64,000 nucleotides of DNA from Arenicellales bacterium (GTDB lineage: Bacteria; Pseudomonadota; Gammaproteobacteria; Arenicellales; JAANXG01): positions 407 through 64,406 of the forward strand of contig JBAUWJ010000135.1 of NCBI GenBank assembly GCA_049583715.1. The letters run 5' to 3'. The notes under the pieces are model-generated. The model saw nothing but the letters and a program-made list of their open reading frames with translations, did not search any database and was not told where the DNA came from. Shown here in pieces: positions 48,440 to 57,803 of this stretch. Both the position numbers and the translations under genes were made by a program. Position 1 is the stretch's first letter; every line of letters starts with the position of its first letter.

Positions 48440-49524
48440 GAGCCGGTCTCCGCCGCCCGCGCGCCGGGCGCATCCCATCGGATGCGGAAGTTGATGAACA
48501 GGTCCGCCGCCAGCAGATAGAACAGCAGCATGCCCTGGAACACGCCGGTCACGGCCGAGGGCAGGCCGAGATGCATCTGGGCCGACTCGCCGCCGAGATA
48601 AAGCAGCGACATCAGCAGCCCCGCCAGCAGCACGCCCACCGGATGCAGGCGGCCCACGAAAGCCACGATGATCGCGGCGTAGCCATAACCCGGCGAGACC
48701 GAGGGCACGAGCTGGCCGATGGGGCCGGCCACCTCCATCAATCCCGCGACGCCGGCGCAGGCGCCGCCCGTCAACAGGCCCACCCAGATCATGCGCTTGC
48801 GCTTGAAGCCGGCGTACAGCGCCGCGGCGTCCGCCATGCCCGCGACCTGCATCTGGTAGCCGAGAAAGCTCTTGCGCACGAAGACCCAGGCCAGCGCGAC
48901 CGCCGCCAGCGCGACGAAGACGCCGATGTGCAGGCGCGTGCCCTGCAGCACGATGGGCAGCGTCGCCGAAGCGGAGAACATCCTCGACTCGGGAAAGTTG
49001 AAGCCCTGCGGATCGCGCAGGGGCTCGTGCACCAGGTAATTCAATATCAGGATGGCGACATAGTTGAGCATCAGGCTCACGAGGATCTCGCTGGTATTGA
49101 AGCGGGTGCGCAGGAGCGCCGGGATCGCCGCCCAGAACATGCCGCCGATCGCGCCCATCACGAACATCAGCGGCAGGATGTACACGCCCTGCTGGTCGTA
49201 GAAGTACAAGGCGACGCAGCCGCCGAAGATCGCCCCCATCGCAAGCTGGCCTTCGGCGCCGATGTTCCAGACGTTGGAGCGAAAACCCACGGACAGCCCC
49301 ACGCCGATGAGCACTAGGGGGATCGCCTTGACGCCCAGCTCGCCCAGCCCATAGCGGTTGTCGATGGGCGCGATGAAGAAGGCGTGGAAGGTGGCGAGCG
49401 GGTTGAGAGACATGAAGGCGGAGAACAGCAAGCCGGTCACCAGCATCAGCGCCACCGCGACGAGCGGGGACAGGTACTTCATCCGGGTCGAGGGCTCCGG
49501 GCGGGCTTCGATCTTAACCCACAT
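48436..49524 (-). CDS. ABC transporter permease (BMP/nucleoside-type, first subunit)
   Basis: N-terminus KIEARPEPSTRMKYLSPLVAV is typical of this permease family. Multi-TM, with NIGAEGQ. The start overlaps the ATPase stop by 11 nt. Confidence 0.9.
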   Translation of the reverse strand: MWVKIEARPEPSTRMKYLSPLVAVALMLVTGLLFSAFMSLNPLATFHAFFIAPIDNRYGLGELGVKAIPLVLIGVGLSVGFRSNVWNIGAEGQLAMGAIFGGCVALYFYDQQGVYILPLMFVMGAIGGMFWAAIPALLRTRFNTSEILVSLMLNYVAILILNYLVHEPLRDPQGFNFPESRMFSASATLPIVLQGTRLHIGVFVALAAVALAWVFVRKSFLGYQMQVAGMADAAALYAGFKRKRMIWVGLLTGGACAGVAGLMEVAGPIGQLVPSVSPGYGYAAIIVAFVGRLHPVGVLLAGLLMSLLYLGGESAQMHLGLPSAVTGVFQGMLLFYLLAADLFINFRIRWDAPGARAAETGS

Positions 49525-51088
49525 TCGCAGTCTCCCGGTTCGTCCCGCCCGATGCTTCGGAGTCCGGAAACATCCCGCTCATCCACAAGCCGATCTCCTC
49601 CATGTTGGTCTCGGAGGTCTTACGCGCCGGCGACATGCGGCCCTGGGCGATGACGACGATGCAGTCGCAGATCTCGAAAAGCTCGTCCAGCTCCTCCGAG
49701 ACCACCAGCACCGCCGCGCCCTTGTTGCGCAGGTCGATCAGCGACTGGCGGATGGCCGCCGCCGCGCCCACATCCACGCCCCAGGTGGGCTGCGCCGCCA
49801 CCAGTATCTCCGGCTTCTGGCTGACCTCGCGGCCGACGATGAACTTCTGCAGGTTGCCGCCGGACAGGCTCTTCGCCGCGGCCTGGGTGCCGGCACAGCG
49901 CACGTCGAAGTCGCGCACGCACTGCTCGGCGAACTCGTGCACCCGGGCGCGGTTGATCAGACCCATGCTCACCATGCCCTGCCGGTGCGCCGTGAGCAGC
50001 GCGTTGTCGTCCAGCGACATCGGCGGCACGGCACCGCGCCCGAGGCGCTCCTCGGGCACGAAGGTCAGCCCCAGCCCGCGGCGCGCATAGGCGTCGAGAT
50101 GGGCAACCGGCTTGCCGTCTATGCGCACCGTCGATGCGCGAGAAGCAGAGAGCGGAGCTTCTCCGCTGATGATCGCCATCAGCTCCTGCTGGCCGTTGCC
50201 CGAGATGCCCGCGATGCCGACGATCTCGCCGCCGTGGACTGTGAAGGAGATATTCTTCAGGTCGGTGCCGAAGGGGTCCTCGGACTTCGTCGAGAGCCCG
50301 TCCACCACCAGGCGGTCGGCGCCGCCGCTTTCCGGCTCGCCGTGCTCGCAGACCGGGAGCTCTCGGCCGATCATCATCCGGGCGAGGCCCGCGGTGCCCT
50401 CTTTTTTGGGATCGACCACGCCGGTTACCTTTCCGAGGCGCATCACCGTCGCGGTATGACACAGGTCGAGGATCTCCTCCAGCTTGTGGCTGATGTAGAG
50501 GATGCTGCAGCCTTCGCTGGCCAGGCGTCTCAGGGTTTCGAACAGCCGGACCACCGCCTGCGGCGTCAGCACCGAGGTGGGCTCATCCATGATCAGGAGC
50601 TTCGGCTCCTGCAGCAGGCAGCGGATGATCTCGACGCGCTGACGCTCTCCGACTGAAAGGCTGTGCACGAGACGGCGCGGGTCCAGCGGCAGGCCGTAGC
50701 GCTCGGAGACCGACTTGATGCGCTCCGACAGCTCGTCCAGGCGATAAGGCCCCTCCATGCCGAGAGCAATGTTCTGCGCCACCGTCAATGTCTCGAACAG
50801 CGAGAAATGCTGGAACACCATGCCGATGCCGAGCTTGCGCGCGTCCGAGGGCCGGTGGATCTGCGCCGGCCTGCCTTCCCACAGGATCTCCCCGGCGTCC
50901 GGGCGGGTGACGCCGTAGATGATCTTCATGAGAGTGCTCTTGCCGGCACCGTTCTCGCCGACCACGGCATGGATGTCGCCCGGGTAGACCGTCAGGTCAA
51001 CGCCGTCGTTGGCGACGACCGCCGGATACACCTTGCGTATACCCCGCAGCTCGAGCCGCGGGGTGGACGATGAATCAGGTTCGCTCAT
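49514..51088 (-). CDS. ABC transporter ATP-binding protein, duplicated ATPase domains
   Basis: Walker A GENGAGKST with LSVGERQRVEI. Second domain has GISGNGQ with LSGGNLQK. Confidence 0.9.
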   Translation of the reverse strand: MSEPDSSSTPRLELRGIRKVYPAVVANDGVDLTVYPGDIHAVVGENGAGKSTLMKIIYGVTRPDAGEILWEGRPAQIHRPSDARKLGIGMVFQHFSLFETLTVAQNIALGMEGPYRLDELSERIKSVSERYGLPLDPRRLVHSLSVGERQRVEIIRCLLQEPKLLIMDEPTSVLTPQAVVRLFETLRRLASEGCSILYISHKLEEILDLCHTATVMRLGKVTGVVDPKKEGTAGLARMMIGRELPVCEHGEPESGGADRLVVDGLSTKSEDPFGTDLKNISFTVHGGEIVGIAGISGNGQQELMAIISGEAPLSASRASTVRIDGKPVAHLDAYARRGLGLTFVPEERLGRGAVPPMSLDDNALLTAHRQGMVSMGLINRARVHEFAEQCVRDFDVRCAGTQAAAKSLSGGNLQKFIVGREVSQKPEILVAAQPTWGVDVGAAAAIRQSLIDLRNKGAAVLVVSEELDELFEICDCIVVIAQGRMSPARKTSETNMEEIGLWMSGMFPDSEASGGTNRETANVG

Positions 51089-51124
51089 TGTTGTTGGTTA
51101 TGATTCATTTGAAACAAGGTCGTC

Positions 51125-51161
51125 CCCTCTCCCGCTGGCGGGAGAGGGATAGGGCGAGGGC
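51125..51161. repeat. CCCTCTCCCGC-tg-GCGGGAGAGGG hairpin plus GGGCGAGGG arm (same REP family as 14626 and 23652)
   Basis: Hairpin at 51125-51148. The GGGCGAGGG arm (51152-51160) has a distal near-complement CCCTCACCCC at 51247-51256, which overlaps the xdhC stop. Confidence 0.55.
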
Positions 51162-51250
51162 AATGGAATCCAGCCTCGGCACCACCCTTTTGGTACCCAC
51201 GCATGCTTGGAACCGGGAAGGGCGCAAACGCCACACCAGACCCTGCCCCC

Positions 51251-52297
51251 TCACCCCAACTCTCTCGACGCCGGTTCCCGCTCATCTTCCTTCCCTCTCT
51301 GCGCGGCCTCCCACGCTCTCAACACCTGCGCCGCCACCGCCACCGCGATCACCTCGGGCCGCTTGCCGCTGATGCCATCGATACCGATGGGACAGGTTAA
51401 CCGATTCAGGGCGGCTTGCGTAATCCCTTTCGCGCGCCAGCGCTTCTCGAAGTTCATTCGTTTCGACTTCGAGCCGATGAGACCCAGGTAAGCGAAATCA
51501 CCGCGTTCGAGGACGCGCTCGCAGACCGCGAGATCGATCGGGTGGCTGTGGGTCGTGACCAGATAGAACGCACCGGGCGCGCACTCGTCCACCACTGATT
51601 CGGGGACGCGCACCGTCCTGGTGCGAACGTTCGCCGGCAGAGACTCCGGGAATCGATCCGCCAGGCTGTCGACCCAGGTGATCTCACAGGGCAAGGTAGC
51701 CAGCACGCCCACCAGTGCCGTACCGACATGACCGGCGCCAAAGAGCACGATGTTGAAGTCCACCGCAGGGACCGGATCGACGAACCAGCCCGCTTTGCGG
51801 TCAAACAGGGGCTTGGCCGACTGCCCCACCTGCTCCACCATGGCGCGGACGCGCCCGTCCAGCGACCCGGCGGCGGGCGTATCCGCCGGATCGAGCACAT
51901 ATTTCTCGTCACGACCGAGCCGCGTGGCCAGGACCATCGCCGTCTGCCCGCGCCGCGCCTCCATCAGCTCGCCCAGCCAGGCCCGGGGCCCGCCGGGAAT
52001 GCGTTCGAGCAGCAGCGTCACGACGCCCCCGCAGCACTGGCCGAGCAGCGGGCTCAGCTTGTGGCTTTCCACGGTGTTCACGTAGTCGCCGCCCTCTTCC
52101 AGCAGCAGCCGGGCGCTCTCTATCCCGGCGTGCTCGACCTGGCCGCCGCCGATGGTGTCGTGGACCGCTTTCTCCGATACCACCATCTTCGCGCCCGGCT
52201 CGCGCGGCGTGGAGCCGCGGGTCTGAACCACGGTCACCAGCACCGCGGGCTCGCCCCGACGGTTCAGCTCATGCAAGGCCGTGAGCCAGTCGCTCAT
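51251..52297 (-). CDS. xdhC: Xanthine dehydrogenase accessory (Moco insertion) protein XdhC
   Basis: LVTVVQTRGSTPREPGAKMVV...GGG..E (XdhC_CoxI N-domain) and Rossmann-like IVLFGAGHVGTAL. ATG at 52297 forms an ATGA overlap with the xdhB stop. Confidence 0.85.
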   Translation of the reverse strand: MSDWLTALHELNRRGEPAVLVTVVQTRGSTPREPGAKMVVSEKAVHDTIGGGQVEHAGIESARLLLEEGGDYVNTVESHKLSPLLGQCCGGVVTLLLERIPGGPRAWLGELMEARRGQTAMVLATRLGRDEKYVLDPADTPAAGSLDGRVRAMVEQVGQSAKPLFDRKAGWFVDPVPAVDFNIVLFGAGHVGTALVGVLATLPCEITWVDSLADRFPESLPANVRTRTVRVPESVVDECAPGAFYLVTTHSHPIDLAVCERVLERGDFAYLGLIGSKSKRMNFEKRWRAKGITQAALNRLTCPIGIDGISGKRPEVIAVAVAAQVLRAWEAAQRGKEDEREPASRELG

Positions 52298-54636
52298 CCG
52301 GCGCACCCGTGCGCGTCCTGGGCGGCAACCTGCTCCACGGCGCCCAGCACCCGCTCCGGCGTCGCCGGTGCGTCCAGGTGCGGGCTCGAACGGTAGTCGG
52401 CAACGCCGGCCACCGCGTCCTTGATGGCCTGGAATACCGATATTCCCAGCATCAGCGGCGGCTCGCCGACGGCCTTCGAGCGATGAATCGTCTCCTCGCG
52501 GTTGGCGGCCGACTCCATGAGCTTCACGCGGAAGTCCACCGGCAGGTCCGAGCAGGTCGGGATCTTGTAGGTGGACGGCGCGTGGGTCTTGAGCTCCCCC
52601 TTCCCGTCCCACCACAGCTCCTCGCTGGTGAGCCAGCCCATGCCCTGGATGAAGCCGCCCTCCACCTGGCCGAGATCGATGGCGGGATTCAGCGACTTGC
52701 CGCAGTCGTGGAGGATGTCGATGCGGGTGGTGCGGTACTCGCCGGTCAGGGTGTCGATCACGACCTCGGCCACGGCCGCGCCGTAAGCGAAGTAGTAGAA
52801 CGGCCTGCCGGTGAGGGTGTCCTTGTCGTAGTGGATCTTCGGCGTGCGGTAGAAGCCGGTCGAGGACAGCGAGACCCGCGCCATCCAGGCGGACCGCACG
52901 AAATCGGCAAAGCCGATGCACGCCTCGCCGGCGACGACGTGGTTGTCCTCGAAGCGCACCTCGGCGGCCGGCACCTTGTACTGGTGGCAGGCGAACTTGA
53001 CGAGCCGCTGCTTGATGGTCCGCGCCGCGGCCTGCGCGGCCTTGCCGTTCAGGTCGGAGCCGCTGGATGCCGCCGTCGCGGAGGCGTTCGGCACCTTGCT
53101 GGTATCCGACGCCGTGATCTTGATGCGGTCGATGTCGATCTGCAGCTCCTGGGCGACCACCTGCGCCACCTTGGTGAACAGGCCCTGCCCCATCTCCGTG
53201 CCGCCGTGGTTGAGGTGAACGGTGCCGTCGGTGTAAATGCTGAGCAGCGCGCCGGCCTGGTTGAGATGCGTGGCCGTGAAGGAGATGCCGAACTTCACCG
53301 GCGTCATGGCGATGCCCTTCTTCAGCACCTTGTGGCCGTGGTTGAACTCACGGACCGCCTCGCGGCGCCGCCGGTACTCCGAGCTTTGCTCGAGGTCCCC
53401 GAAGATATCGTGGATGACATTGTCCTCGATGGTCTGCCCGTAGTGGGTGACGTTCCGGTCCTCGACGCCGTAGAAGTTGGCCTTGCGGACGTCGAGCGGG
53501 TCGCGGCCGAGATGGCGGGCCACCTCGTCGATAACGTACTCCACGGCGAACATGCCCTGGGGGCCGCCGAAGCCGCGGAACGCGGTGTTGGAGACGGTGT
53601 TGGTCCTCAAGCGGTGACTGACCACTTCCAGGTTCTCGAGATAGTAGGCGTTGTCGCAGTGGAACATGGTGCGGTCGTTGACCGCGCCGGACAGGTCCAC
53701 CGACACGCCGCAGCGCGACAGGAACTCGAACTTCACGCCCTCGATGATTCCTTCGTCGTTGAAGCCGGCGTCGTAGTAGATGACGTAATCGTGGCGTTTG
53801 CCGGTCATGAGCATGTCGTCGTCGCGGTCCATCCGAAACTTCACCGGCCTGCCGGTCTTCTGTGCCAGCAGCGCGGCGATGCAGGCCATCTGCGCCGCCT
53901 GGCTCTCCTTGCCGCCGAACGCGCCGCCCATGCGCCGGCACTCCACGACCACGTCCTTGGCCTCGAGGCCGAGGGCGGCGGCTACCAGGTGCTGCACCTC
54001 GCCGGGATGCTGGGAGGAGCTGTAGACGAACATGTCGCCACCTTCCCTGGGGATCGCCATCGCGATCTGGCCCTCGAGGTAAAACTGGTCCTGGCCGCCC
54101 AGCTCCAGGCGGCCGTTCAATCGGTGCTTCGCACGGCTCAATGCGCCGTCCGGGTCGCCCCGGCGGATCGTCTGGCTCGGCAGCACCAGCGATTGACGCT
54201 TCAGCGCGTCGTCGAGATCCAGGACCGGATCGAGCGTCTCGATATCGATGTTCGCCTTGCGCGCCGCGCGGCGTGCGTGGTCGACGGTGTCCGCCGCCAC
54301 GGCGAACATCGCCTGACCCGCGTACTGCACGGTGTCCACGGCCAGGATCGGATCGTCGTGCACCACCGGCCCGAAGTTGTTCTCGCCGCAAATGTCGGAG
54401 GCCGTGCAGACCTCCACCACGCCCGGCATCTCGCGAACGGCGTCGAGATTCATTGACGCGATCCGCCCGTGGGCCACGCGGCTCATCCCGACGGCCGCGT
54501 GCAGCAGTCCTTTGGGCTCGGGGATATCGTCCGTGTACCAGGCATGGCCACTGACGTGCAGGCGGCTGCTGTCGTGGGGGTACTGCTCGCCGACGGCGCC
54601 TTTGACGCCCTTGGGAGCGCGGATCTCACCTTCCAT
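52294..54636 (-). CDS. xdhB: Xanthine dehydrogenase molybdopterin-binding large subunit
   Basis: 780 aa. HDSSRLHVSGHAWYTDDI, GGAFGGKE, FRGFGGPQG and GTEMGQGLFTK motifs. Confidence 0.95.
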   Translation of the reverse strand: MEGEIRAPKGVKGAVGEQYPHDSSRLHVSGHAWYTDDIPEPKGLLHAAVGMSRVAHGRIASMNLDAVREMPGVVEVCTASDICGENNFGPVVHDDPILAVDTVQYAGQAMFAVAADTVDHARRAARKANIDIETLDPVLDLDDALKRQSLVLPSQTIRRGDPDGALSRAKHRLNGRLELGGQDQFYLEGQIAMAIPREGGDMFVYSSSQHPGEVQHLVAAALGLEAKDVVVECRRMGGAFGGKESQAAQMACIAALLAQKTGRPVKFRMDRDDDMLMTGKRHDYVIYYDAGFNDEGIIEGVKFEFLSRCGVSVDLSGAVNDRTMFHCDNAYYLENLEVVSHRLRTNTVSNTAFRGFGGPQGMFAVEYVIDEVARHLGRDPLDVRKANFYGVEDRNVTHYGQTIEDNVIHDIFGDLEQSSEYRRRREAVREFNHGHKVLKKGIAMTPVKFGISFTATHLNQAGALLSIYTDGTVHLNHGGTEMGQGLFTKVAQVVAQELQIDIDRIKITASDTSKVPNASATAASSGSDLNGKAAQAAARTIKQRLVKFACHQYKVPAAEVRFEDNHVVAGEACIGFADFVRSAWMARVSLSSTGFYRTPKIHYDKDTLTGRPFYYFAYGAAVAEVVIDTLTGEYRTTRIDILHDCGKSLNPAIDLGQVEGGFIQGMGWLTSEELWWDGKGELKTHAPSTYKIPTCSDLPVDFRVKLMESAANREETIHRSKAVGEPPLMLGISVFQAIKDAVAGVADYRSSPHLDAPATPERVLGAVEQVAAQDAHGCAG

Positions 54637-56137
54637 AGGCGTATACCTGTTCGTTGTCTTCTCGCGGCTCGCCGGCGGTCTGCAGGTAGAAGCGGTACAG
54701 CAGGTTCCTCGACACCTTCCTCCGATAAGCCTCGCCGGCGCGCATGTCCGTCAAGGGCGTGAAGTCGCGGTCCAGCGCCGCCATGGCCGTCTGGATGGCT
54801 GCCTCGTCCCAGGGCTTGCCCGCCAACGCCTGCTCGCAGGCCGACGCCCGCTTCGGGATCGCCGCGACACCGCCGAAGCCGGCGCGGAACGCCGCGACCC
54901 GACCGTCCTCGATCTGCAGGGAGAATGCGGCACAGACTGCGGAGATGTCCTGGTCGAAGCGCTTGGAGACCTTATAGGCGGCAAGCTGCATCTCGTCCCG
55001 GCGAAGCGGCACGCGCACGCACTCGAGCACCTCGCCGGGCTGCCTGGCGTTCTTCTGGTAGTCGATATAGAAGTCCTCCAAGGCCAGCTCGCGGCACCCC
55101 CGGGCCGAACTCACGACGACACTGGCGCCCACGGCCATCAGGGCGGGCATGGTGTCTCCGATGGGCGAGCCATTGGCGACGTTGCCGCCGAGGGTCCCGG
55201 TGTTGCGGATGGGGGGCGAGGCGAAGCGCAGGAACAGCTCCTCGAATTCCGGGTACTCTTCCAGGATGTGGGGGAAAGCGTCGCTCAGCGATACCGCGGC
55301 GCCAATCTCGAGGTGGGTGTCCGTCCTCGCGACCTGCTTCAGCTCCGTCACGTTGCCGACATAGACGACGTCGTCCAGATCGCGGTACTGCTTGGTGACC
55401 CACAGGCCCACGTCGGTGCCGCCGGCGAGCAGCGTCGCATCGGGATGCCCGTCCGCGATCTCGAGCAGGGCGTCGAGGCTCGACGGCGCGTGATACGTCC
55501 GGCCGGTGCCTTCGATGACCAGGGTGTCGACGGACTGCAGCGAGCGCAGTCGCTCCACCAATGCCTGCTCGTCCGGCGTGGATTGGCCGGCGGGCGCCGT
55601 CAGGAGATTCACGGTGCCACTGTCGAGCTGCGCCCCGAGCTCATACATACGTCTTGCGGCGTCGATGATCGGCCGGTAGCCCGTGCAGCGGCAGAGATTG
55701 CCGGCCAACGCGTCGTCCACGCCGCGGCGTCCCGGAAATTCCCCGCGCTTGTAGAGCGCGAACAAAGACATGACGAAGCCCGGCGTGCAAAAGCCGCACT
55801 GTGAGCCGTGGCAGTCCACCATCGCCTGCTGCACGGGATGCGGCGGCGCACCGGGAGCGCTCAGGCTTTCGACCGTGAACAAGGCCTTGCCGTCCAGGGT
55901 GGGCAGGAACTGGATACAAGCGTTGACGGCCTGGTAGCGAATGCCGTCGCCGTGCAGCTCGCCGACCACGACTGTGCAGGCGCCGCAGTCACCCTCCGCG
56001 CAGCCTTCCTTGCTGCCGGTGCGCTGCAGGTCCTCGCGAAGGTATTGCAGCACCGTGCGATTCGGGTCGACATCGTCGATGACCCGCGTTTCACCGTCGA
56101 GCACGAATCGTATCGAATGTCGAAGAGCTTGCTTCAT
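54626..56137 (-). CDS. xdhA: Xanthine dehydrogenase small subunit ([2Fe-2S] + FAD domains)
   Basis: CAEGDCGACTV and CHGSQCGFCTPG clusters, followed by a FAD-binding domain (LLAGGTDVGLWV). Start taken at ATG 56137. Confidence 0.95.
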   Translation of the reverse strand: MKQALRHSIRFVLDGETRVIDDVDPNRTVLQYLREDLQRTGSKEGCAEGDCGACTVVVGELHGDGIRYQAVNACIQFLPTLDGKALFTVESLSAPGAPPHPVQQAMVDCHGSQCGFCTPGFVMSLFALYKRGEFPGRRGVDDALAGNLCRCTGYRPIIDAARRMYELGAQLDSGTVNLLTAPAGQSTPDEQALVERLRSLQSVDTLVIEGTGRTYHAPSSLDALLEIADGHPDATLLAGGTDVGLWVTKQYRDLDDVVYVGNVTELKQVARTDTHLEIGAAVSLSDAFPHILEEYPEFEELFLRFASPPIRNTGTLGGNVANGSPIGDTMPALMAVGASVVVSSARGCRELALEDFYIDYQKNARQPGEVLECVRVPLRRDEMQLAAYKVSKRFDQDISAVCAAFSLQIEDGRVAAFRAGFGGVAAIPKRASACEQALAGKPWDEAAIQTAMAALDRDFTPLTDMRAGEAYRRKVSRNLLYRFYLQTAGEPREDNEQVYAYGR

Positions 56138-56144
56138 GGGTCCG

Positions 56145-56495
56145 TCAACTGCCCCGATAGGTGGAGTAGCTCCACGGCGAGACCAGCAGGGGCACATGGT
56201 AATGCTCGTCGGCCGCAATGGAAAATCGGAGCGTGACACGATCCAGGAAAGGCGGATCGGCGGTCGGCACGGACTGTTCGGCGAAGTAAGCGGCAACGTC
56301 GAACTCCAGCTCGTAGGTGCCTTTCGCGAACGACGTTTCGTCGAGCAGCGGTGCGCCTGTGCGGCCGTCGGCATTGGTGCTTGTCTCCCCGATCAAATCG
56401 CGCCCCGCCCGCGTTATTCGGAACAAGCGCACCGATATGCCCGTGCCAGGCTTCCCCTGCGCAGTGTCCAGCACATGTGTGGTCAGTCTACCCAT
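56145..56495 (-). CDS. uraH: 5-hydroxyisourate hydrolase (transthyretin-like)
   Basis: MGRLTTHVLDTAQGKP...YHVPLLVSPWSYSTYRGS (C-terminal YRGS signature). Start taken at ATG 56495. Confidence 0.9.
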   Translation of the reverse strand: MGRLTTHVLDTAQGKPGTGISVRLFRITRAGRDLIGETSTNADGRTGAPLLDETSFAKGTYELEFDVAAYFAEQSVPTADPPFLDRVTLRFSIAADEHYHVPLLVSPWSYSTYRGS

Positions 56496-56664
56496 ACTGC
56501 CATCGTCATAGACATTCTGCCTCAAGCAGAAGTGAGGGACACTGCTCGACTACCACCTTCACCCCGTCCCTCCCGGCTCTGGCTCCATGCTTCGCCCTGC
56601 CTCCTCCATTCCCTGAAGTCGTCCCGCCAACGGAGCGTGTTACGAAGCTCAACGCCACCCTGCC

Positions 56665-56766
56665 GTCATTGCGAGGAGCCGAAGGCGACGAAGCAATCCA
56701 GAAACCGAGGCCAGGCTGGACGTGGGTTTCTGGATTGCCGCGTCGGCTGCGCCGCCTCGCAATGAC
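56665..56766. repeat. Second copy of the GTCATTGCGAGG...GACGAAGCAATCCAG / CTGGATTGC...CTCGCAATGAC hairpin
   Basis: Arms 56665-56703 and 56728-56766 pair imperfectly. Same core as the inner hairpin of the element at 3393-3529, but without the GGAAGCTCTGATTAAT termini. Confidence 0.7.
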
Positions 56767-57277
56767 ACCAGCGGGCCCCGCCATTTGAGCTTGCGACACC
56801 CTCCAACGGACCAGAGTCGAGAGGGCTGGGGTGCGGGCGGGTTTGGACTCGCACATTCACCGAGCCGCTCGCGAGAGCGGGAAAGGGGATCCATCATCTT
56901 GGTGGAGTTGTCGCATTCTCGTCGTCCCGTTCAGCTTCGTATCTCGTACCGATGCCGATTTTCGACTGCCGGCGCCACTTCATACCCGCCTCCAATGTCG
57001 TCGCTGGCTATTCTGCGGGCCATTCTACTGACGTTCCAGCTCAACCCGGTAGCACCAATATTCGCTCATCCGATGCCATTTCGGCTGCACCCGGGCCACG
57101 GTCAAAGCCTCCAACCGCCAAGTCCGTGCCCCGTGGCAGTGCTGTACGATCCCGGATTGTAGCCGCGCCGCCAATGGGACTACCCTACTCACCCTCCGGG
57201 CTTTCGGCTGCTCCTTCAGGGAAAGCCGAAGCCGTCCGACCCGCGACACTTTCTCGAAAACCGTGCGAGGTGTGCGC

Positions 57278-57784
57278 ATGAACACGCTGTACGACGCAAC
57301 GATCCCCGTCTTTGTACACGGCCTGAACAGGATACGCGCGTTCCTGCTGAAGGCCGAGCAGTATTCAGACGATAAGGGAATCGCCATGAATGAGCTGCTG
57401 GAAGCCCGCCTGGCGCCCGACATGTTCACCCTGACGCAGCAGGTGGGCTATGCGTACTTCATGTCTCTGGAAGCGGCCGGCAACCTTTCCGGAAAGGCGC
57501 CGCCGGAGATGGGCTACGACGAGAAGAGCGCCGGCGACCTGTACGCGAGCCTGGAACAGGTGGCGCGGTATCTCAAGTCCATCGACCCGGCCGATATCGA
57601 GGACTCGGCGGAAAAGGAGGTCGACACTTTTCTGTCCTCGGAGAAAGTGCGCCTTCACCGCTACGTGCATTACTTCGCGCTGCCGAACTTCTATTTCCAC
57701 GTCGTCACGACTTACGACATCCTTCGCCACAAGGGCGTACCGCTGCGCAAGCCCGACTATATCGGCTCCCCACCGACCGGTTGA
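57278..57784 (+). CDS. DUF1993 family protein
   Basis: MNTLYDATIPVFVHGLNRIRAFLLKAEQY...RLAPDMFTLTQQVGYA...NFYFHVVTTYDILRHKGVPLRKPDYIG matches the DUF1993 pattern. Confidence 0.8.
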   Translation: MNTLYDATIPVFVHGLNRIRAFLLKAEQYSDDKGIAMNELLEARLAPDMFTLTQQVGYAYFMSLEAAGNLSGKAPPEMGYDEKSAGDLYASLEQVARYLKSIDPADIEDSAEKEVDTFLSSEKVRLHRYVHYFALPNFYFHVVTTYDILRHKGVPLRKPDYIGSPPTG

Positions 57785-57803
57785 CGGCGGCCGAAAGCCG
57801 GTT

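Noticed and set aside
52309-54456. 715-aa plus-strand ORF, and the 490-aa ORF at 54332-55804
   Set aside because: Both are antisense shadows of xdhB and xdhA, whose identities are unambiguous. The translations are dominated by runs of G, R, A, V, D and H.
57025-57429. 134-aa minus-strand ORF in the uraH / DUF1993 gap
   Set aside because: It overlaps the 5' part of the well-supported DUF1993 gene in antisense. It lacks a ribosome-binding site and shows no family resemblance.
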